This document shows positions 28,075 through 33,386 of a stretch of 33,386 nt of DNA, one piece after another (position 1 is the first letter of the stretch; the number at the start of each line of letters is the position of its first letter). A program made the position numbers and the translations under genes. Under the pieces are notes generated by a model. That model made no database searches, was not told the origin of the DNA, and saw only the letters and a program-made list of their open reading frames with translations. Origin of the DNA: Candidatus Hadarchaeota archaeon (lineage in GTDB: Archaea > CAYQAE01 > CAYVLA01). The DNA lies in the NCBI GenBank assembly GCA_964452145.1, contig CAYVLA010000026.1, forward strand, positions 1,491-34,876. Reading direction: 5' to 3'.

Positions 28075-29397
28075 TCAGCCCTCGAAGGGGATCGGAATGC
28101 GGTACTTGCTGCACCTGTGCTTGCCCCCGCTTATCACGTTGTACTTACAGAAGGGGCAAAGATCCCCGGCAGGCTTTCCGCCGCAGAGCTCGTAGGGCCT
28201 CTTCTTCTCTTCGACCACGGCGGGTGCCTTCCCGGTCCTGATCCTCATGATGACGGGAATGGCCAAGGCAGCCACCACGACCGCGCCGAGGACGACGTAG
28301 GTGAGGGGAATGCCCCCTTTCGCCTTCCCGGCCTCTCCCTTGAATCTGGAGACCCCGTTTGCGGTGGCGAACCAGACGAAATCCCCGTCAACTGCAATAG
28401 ACCTGATATCCCCCGAGGGCAGGCCGTCCGCCACTCGGTAGATGACGATCCTCCCCTCCGGATCGATCACCGTTACGCCTGGGCCCCAGCTACCGCACCA
28501 AGCCCTAGTCCCGACGGCCAGCGATCCCACCAGGTTGTCGACCATGCCCACGGTCTTGTTGTAGATGGTCATGATGCCGTCCCTAACGTTGTATCGGCAC
28601 GCCCCGGCAGAGCCTGTCCCAACCCAGAGGACCTTTCCATCGGTAGCCAGGGACAGAATCCGGTTATCTGGGAGGCCTTCCGCCATGCCGATCTGCTTTG
28701 TTACTTCGAAGACCTCCCTGCCGAATGCAACCAGCCCATGTGCCTTCGTCCCGAACCAGGTCTCCTTGCCCACGCACGCCACCGCGGAGAGGGTCGCTTC
28801 AGGCAGACCATCATCACGCCTGTAGTTCTCAAAGGATGGCGTCCCCGCCGCGAGGACGAAGCGGCTTGCACCGCCTTCGGTGGCGACGTACAGATATGTT
28901 CCGTCCGTCGCGATGCCGTTCACCCTCCCATCGGGGAGGCCATCGGTATCGCTGTACGAGGTCCAGGAACCGGACTTGTACCTGAGGATTCCCTGGCCGT
29001 AGGTGCTGAACCAGACCTCGTCCTTGAGGATGAGGATTCCGGTCACCCGCCTTTCTATGCCCGGGGGATGCATGGACGTCCAGTTGGAGCCGTCCAACCT
29101 GGCCACGGCACCATTGAAGCCGGCCCATACCTGCCCGTCGGACGCCGCAATGCTGTAAACATCGTCGGACGGAAGGCCGCTTGAGGTTCCGAAGCTGGTC
29201 CAGGCGGACTGCTTCGCCTGACCGTACGCAGCCCCCAGAGCCGATATGACGCTGAGGACCGCTACTGTTGCTGCGATTGCTCTCGCTTCTCTGGGACCAT
29301 GAAGGTGTAGCGGTAGACGATTCCTATTGCCGCAACGCCCAGTGCGGTTAGGACGCCCAGACGCAACAACCTCTTCTGTGAACTCTTCTTCTTCCAT
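28075..29397 (-). CDS. Reg_prop-type (two-component-regulator propeller) beta-propeller surface protein with TM and Cys4 tail
   Basis: Repeats GLPSDDVYSI, DGLPDGRVNGI, GLPDNRILSL, DGLPSGDIRSI with W(F/V)GT strands. Start uncertain (ATG 29397 overlaps the upstream gene; ATC 29277 is an alternative). Confidence 0.8.
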   Translation of the reverse strand: MEEEEFTEEVVASGRPNRTGRCGNRNRLPLHLHGPREARAIAATVAVLSVISALGAAYGQAKQSAWTSFGTSSGLPSDDVYSIAASDGQVWAGFNGAVARLDGSNWTSMHPPGIERRVTGILILKDEVWFSTYGQGILRYKSGSWTSYSDTDGLPDGRVNGIATDGTYLYVATEGGASRFVLAAGTPSFENYRRDDGLPEATLSAVACVGKETWFGTKAHGLVAFGREVFEVTKQIGMAEGLPDNRILSLATDGKVLWVGTGSAGACRYNVRDGIMTIYNKTVGMVDNLVGSLAVGTRAWCGSWGPGVTVIDPEGRIVIYRVADGLPSGDIRSIAVDGDFVWFATANGVSRFKGEAGKAKGGIPLTYVVLGAVVVAALAIPVIMRIRTGKAPAVVEEKKRPYELCGGKPAGDLCPFCKYNVISGGKHRCSKYRIPIPFEG

Positions 29398-30302
29398 TGC
29401 GATGCCTCCTTTGACAGCTCCGATCGCCGCAGCAGATGCTCATCGATCTCCGATTTCATCTCGTCCATGCGCTTCTGAGCCGATCTGCTGCCGGCCTCAG
29501 AAACCCATCTGATGCTGTTTCTGAGCAGGGCTTGGAAGTTCGGGTCATAGACGACGCCGGTGTAATCCTCAGGACCTCCTCGCTCCGTGAGGGCAAAAGC
29601 TGGTAATGTAACGGACCGCCCCACGTTTTCGTATGCCGTGATTGCCGGTATCATACCATCCGCGTACCCGCTCTTGGCATCCTTCACTCTGTACAGCACC
29701 GTCAGAGTTCCTTCGGACGGCTTGGGCGGATCCACCGCCTTCGGCTCACCGACCAGATTACAGTAATAAAGATCCACGTCGCTGAGAAACATCTGGTCGG
29801 GAAGGCCTTGGGTAATGGGGTGAGAGGCCTCGCTCTTGATGAAGTCGTGCCCCTTGCGGAACTTGCCGCCGATCAGAGCCAGGCGACCAGTACTTGTCGC
29901 ATTCGCGAAGGAGGGGAGGATCGTTCGGGATACGTTGCCCGAGTATGCAATCTCGTTGATCCCGATGAGCCCAACTCCTCGGTCGAAAAGTTCGATCATG
30001 GCCCTCTGCAGTTCGGCAGGAACGCTCGCTCTGTACAGAGATACTATGCCGAGATGGGTCTGTGGAAAAGCCAGGTACTCCACAAACTCTCCAAGCGAGC
30101 CTACCACGATCGGCTCCAGGTTCAACGACGCATCGTTACTGATGATTTCGGCGAGAGCCTTCGAGTAGTTCTGGAAGGTTGGCCCTTCCCCGGGAAGCTG
30201 TTTGTCGCCATTGACGCACAGTATCGGGACAATGCCCCTCTCACCAGCAGCCACACCTGGTAGGAGAATGAACAGCAAACCCAGCAACAAGATCCTGCCC
30301 AA
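29262..30302 (-). CDS. GATase/ThuA-like domain protein with coiled coil and C-terminal TM (module gene B, copy 2)
   Basis: Signal peptide; LFDRGVGLIGI, HPITQGLP, PAITAYENVGRSV, LLRNSIRWV. Confidence 0.82.
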   Translation of the reverse strand: MGRILLLGLLFILLPGVAAGERGIVPILCVNGDKQLPGEGPTFQNYSKALAEIISNDASLNLEPIVVGSLGEFVEYLAFPQTHLGIVSLYRASVPAELQRAMIELFDRGVGLIGINEIAYSGNVSRTILPSFANATSTGRLALIGGKFRKGHDFIKSEASHPITQGLPDQMFLSDVDLYYCNLVGEPKAVDPPKPSEGTLTVLYRVKDAKSGYADGMIPAITAYENVGRSVTLPAFALTERGGPEDYTGVVYDPNFQALLRNSIRWVSEAGSRSAQKRMDEMKSEIDEHLLRRSELSKEASQWKKKSSQKRLLRLGVLTALGVAAIGIVYRYTFMVPEKREQSQQQ

Positions 30303-30304
30303 GC

Positions 30305-31204
30305 TCAGCCCCCCTTGTAGGCGCCGTTCTCCGAAAGGTGCACCAGGACCTTATCGGTGGCAAGCTCCCCATTGATATCGAACATGACCAGGTGCAGCAT
30401 GTACCTTCCCCTCAGCTGCTTGTGAAAGAGCAGCGGGTACGCGCCTAGGTTCGACGCGACGCGGTAGACGATCGATACCCTGTCGTTCCGGCGAACGTCC
30501 GTGAATACCACCCTTCCCTGTTCAGGTGCGGCCTCTGCTGGACGAACCCCCGGCCGCAAGACCTCCTCGCTCTCCACGGCCAGGTAGGTCGTCTTGTTCT
30601 CGTTCCTAGTTATCTCCATCTCCTTCAGGGAGATCTCCCGCATATAGAAGAAGTCCGAAACTCCCTCAAACAGGCCGTCGATCTTCTTGGACTTGTTGAT
30701 GAGTACGGCATACACCGTAGTGAAGTAGGAGGACCCGCTCGCAGGTAGGATCGGATTCAGCTTCGATCCGAAATCGTAGATGACCAGAGTCTGCTTCTCG
30801 CCTCCAACGACCACGTCCTGCGTCGTCACATCGGGCTCATACCCCGACCTGCGCATGGCATCGATCTTGCTGCTTACCTGCCCGATCTTCTCGCCGGCCT
30901 TCTCCGGTTGAGATACCTCCGCCGACCCCGACCCCTCCGTCAAGTCGGGCTCAACCTGAATGAGGTACGCAAAGCGGACGTCAACCCGTTTGAGGTCCTC
31001 TCGAGACACGAACGCAACCGAGTACTTGTCCCGGTCAAGCTCAGAAGTCCCTGCCAGAGCCTTCATCGGGAATGACTCATCGATGACGCTCAGCGGGGTT
31101 TCGATCCTTTCCCTGATGAGATAGAGAGAGATAAGGCTGCCCACTATCAGGGACATTATCAGAACGCCGATCAGCCGCCTTTCCACCTTCATCCAGCCCA
31201 ACAT
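30305..31204 (-). CDS. N-terminally anchored hypothetical protein (module gene A, copy 2)
   Basis: N-terminal TM ERRLIGVLIMSLIVGSLISLYL; paralog of 16880-17728; start may be 31192 or 31186. Confidence 0.8.
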   Translation of the reverse strand: MLGWMKVERRLIGVLIMSLIVGSLISLYLIRERIETPLSVIDESFPMKALAGTSELDRDKYSVAFVSREDLKRVDVRFAYLIQVEPDLTEGSGSAEVSQPEKAGEKIGQVSSKIDAMRRSGYEPDVTTQDVVVGGEKQTLVIYDFGSKLNPILPASGSSYFTTVYAVLINKSKKIDGLFEGVSDFFYMREISLKEMEITRNENKTTYLAVESEEVLRPGVRPAEAAPEQGRVVFTDVRRNDRVSIVYRVASNLGAYPLLFHKQLRGRYMLHLVMFDINGELATDKVLVHLSENGAYKGG

Positions 31205-31210
31205 CCCGGG

Positions 31211-31230
31211 GAGGAAAAAGAGAAAAAGAG
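31211..31230 (-). terminator. Oligo-T terminator-like tract
   Basis: CTCTTTTTCTCTTTTTCCTC on the minus strand, about 10 nt after the FG-GAP gene stop. Confidence 0.5.
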
Positions 31231-31240
31231 GCAGAGCCTT

Positions 31241-33386
31241 TCAGGCCCTGCCCCAAGCCTTTTTCAGAATACCTAGGGATATCAGAAGCACCACAGGCAC
31301 CAATGCCTCCGGCACGGCGAAGTAGTTGGTGTTACGAACATCTCTGTACATGTATGGCCAGGGCGTCGAGGAAGCCAGCATCAGGCCCCTCGGCGTCTCG
31401 ACTCCGTAGACGCCCTTGGTCGTCACGACGCTGACGTTGCCTCTCTCGTCACCGTAGATAAGCTCGGCCACCCCGTCTTGATCCAGATCGACTATGACGG
31501 CGTTGTTGAACTGCAGCCTTCCTGCGTTGATCGCCTGGAAGGTCCAGACTATCCTGCCGTCCTTGCCGCTCAGGACGTAGACTCTGCCGTTGCTGCCTCC
31601 CAGGACGACGTCCGGTTTCCCATCGCCGGTGACATCGCCGACTATCGGGTGCTCCGGCTGGAAGCCGTTAAGCACGGTGCTGCTGAGGTTGGCGGTCCAA
31701 ACGAGTTTGCCCTTGCTGTCCAAGCAGTGGACCAGCCCGGTTCTCCTCACCGTGAACACCGTCTCCAGCTGCTCGTCCCCGGTCAGATCGGCAACTTGCG
31801 CCTTGCTCACCCTCACTCTCCGACCGGTGTCGAACATCCACTTCACCCTGCCGTCGACTTCGTAGAGACAGTAGATCCGTCCCTGATGGGCCCCGCCGAC
31901 CACGATGTCGAGATATCCGTCGTTGTCTATGTCAGCTATTGAAGCGGCCGCGTTTATGTAGTCGCCTGGCTCGGGCGTCATGACCCAGAGAGGAGTGCCG
32001 TCTCCCGTCCAGGCATAGACACCGTACAGTGCGCCATTCTCGTCCTCCGAGGTCAGCACCACGTCCAGGTAGCCATCGCCGTTGAGATCGGCAACGGCGG
32101 CCGTGTTGTCGCCGATCGCACCGATCGGAGCCTCCCACAGCAGCTTCCCGGTGTGGTCGTAGACGAAGAACTTCTTCAGATCCTTGGATCCGACCAGTAC
32201 CTCCAGCTTGCCATCCTTGTTCAGGTCCGCGAGCGTGGGCGCACAGTACAGGCAGTTGGGATCACCAACCGCCGGATCGCCGTCGCTGAGATCCTTCCAC
32301 CACAGTGACTTCCCGGCGTTGTCCAGCACCCTCATGGTGCCGTTCCTTGTATTGAATACGATCTCAGGCTTGCCGTCTCCGTTGATGTCGCCGATTGCGG
32401 GCTGTCGGTATATCTCGTAGCCAGCGTAGTACTGCCACAGAACCGCTCCCGTCTGCCCGTTCAGGGCGAACAGAGTGCCTGTTCCTCTCGTACCCACGAT
32501 GATCTCGATCTTGCCGTCGCCGTTGATGTCCGCGGCCATGGGTGGGGCTTCTATCCTCCCACCGATGTTCACCGTCCAGAGCGCGTAGTCCATTGGGAAG
32601 TAGTTGTTGTTGTCCGGAGTTCTGGAGATCAAGGGCCAGGGGCTTGTCCACTTGTCCACGTAGGAGCCCGGTGTCCTAAGCACGCTAACATTGCCTCTCT
32701 CATCGCCGTAGATTATCTCCGCGCGCTGATCGCCGTCCAGATCGGCAACTGCTGGCTGGTTGTACTGGAATCTGCCCGCGTTGACGGCCTGGTAGCTCCA
32801 CACAACGGCTCCGTCCGCTCCGTTCAGAACGTAGATCTTCCCGTCGGAGCCTCCGAGGATTACATTGGGCCTCCCATCGCCCGTCGCATCAGCAATGACC
32901 GGGCATTCGGGGTGGAACCCGTTCAACACCGGAGCCGTGAGGTTCGCCCTCCAGAGCTGCTTGCCGGTGTAGTCGAAGGCGTAGACCAGGCCAGTTCTCC
33001 TGACGACGAAGACCAGATCCAGCTTGCCATCGCCGTTCAGGTCCCCTAGTTGGGCCTTGCTGACCCTTGTTCCGAAGCCGGTATCGTAGACCCAGCGCTC
33101 ATTCCCGTTGGGATCCAGGCAGTAGACGCGCCCCTTGTGCGCGCCTCCCACCACGATCTCCACGACTCCGTCACCGTCCATGTCCGCTATGGATGGGCAG
33201 AAGTTCATGTAGTCGCCTTCGCGCACATTGTAGACCCACTTCGGCGTGCCATCCGCTTTCCAGCAGTAGATGCCGTAGAGCTGCCCGTTCTCGTCCTCCG
33301 AACTCAGGAGGACTTCCAGTTCGCCGTCATTGTCGATGTCCGCCACGGCAGCCGTGTTGTCGCCGATCGCACCGATCGGAGCCTCC
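31241..33386 (-). CDS. Large FG-GAP/PQQ-like tandem beta-propeller surface protein with VPE-CTERM tail (5' end outside the window)
   Basis: Frame open to the window edge; many ADxxxDG repeats; internal duplication with 417-aa period; ends AVPEALVPVVLLISLGILKKAWGRA. Confidence 0.9.
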   Translation of the reverse strand, partial: EAPIGAIGDNTAAVADIDNDGELEVLLSSEDENGQLYGIYCWKADGTPKWVYNVREGDYMNFCPSIADMDGDGVVEIVVGGAHKGRVYCLDPNGNERWVYDTGFGTRVSKAQLGDLNGDGKLDLVFVVRRTGLVYAFDYTGKQLWRANLTAPVLNGFHPECPVIADATGDGRPNVILGGSDGKIYVLNGADGAVVWSYQAVNAGRFQYNQPAVADLDGDQRAEIIYGDERGNVSVLRTPGSYVDKWTSPWPLISRTPDNNNYFPMDYALWTVNIGGRIEAPPMAADINGDGKIEIIVGTRGTGTLFALNGQTGAVLWQYYAGYEIYRQPAIGDINGDGKPEIVFNTRNGTMRVLDNAGKSLWWKDLSDGDPAVGDPNCLYCAPTLADLNKDGKLEVLVGSKDLKKFFVYDHTGKLLWEAPIGAIGDNTAAVADLNGDGYLDVVLTSEDENGALYGVYAWTGDGTPLWVMTPEPGDYINAAASIADIDNDGYLDIVVGGAHQGRIYCLYEVDGRVKWMFDTGRRVRVSKAQVADLTGDEQLETVFTVRRTGLVHCLDSKGKLVWTANLSSTVLNGFQPEHPIVGDVTGDGKPDVVLGGSNGRVYVLSGKDGRIVWTFQAINAGRLQFNNAVIVDLDQDGVAELIYGDERGNVSVVTTKGVYGVETPRGLMLASSTPWPYMYRDVRNTNYFAVPEALVPVVLLISLGILKKAWGRA

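Noticed and set aside
28027..29184. 385-aa plus-strand ORF, and similar long overlapping ORFs such as 2058-2840, 8746-9507, 12519-13226, 15872-16627, 25413-26090
   Set aside because: Antisense shadows of well-supported genes in GC-rich DNA; no recognisable motifs.
1..33386. CRISPR array, diversity-generating retroelement or prophage as the source of the paralog diversity
   Set aside because: No spaced direct repeats, reverse transcriptase, adenine-specific template/variable repeat pair, integrase or virion genes seen.

Overview
GC-rich window that looks archaeal: GGAGGTGA-type Shine-Dalgarno (SD) sites, BRE/TATA boxes about 25-35 nt before start codons, oligo-T terminators and PEF-CTERM-like tails. 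The taxon is an inference. Two gene sets are interleaved. The first is catabolic: four sulfatase/alkaline-phosphatase-superfamily enzymes, three glycoside-hydrolase-like proteins, a nitrilase-family enzyme and a DUF362 protein. The second is a large set of uncharacterised cell-surface proteins. It includes five paralogs built as signal peptide + GATase-like domain + helical stalk + TM + 'RRRLYR' tail (one split by a C7 frameshift), and a duplicated two-gene module (16880-18717 and 29262-31204). It also includes two FG-GAP propellers with [VI][PS]E sorting-like tails, and two unrelated ectodomains ending in the same TM + C-x8-C-x2-C-x11-C tail. There is a 168-bp IS-derived miniature element and several probable non-canonical start codons. 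No rRNA, tRNA or CRISPR array was seen. All calls come from reading motifs by eye; no database searches were run.
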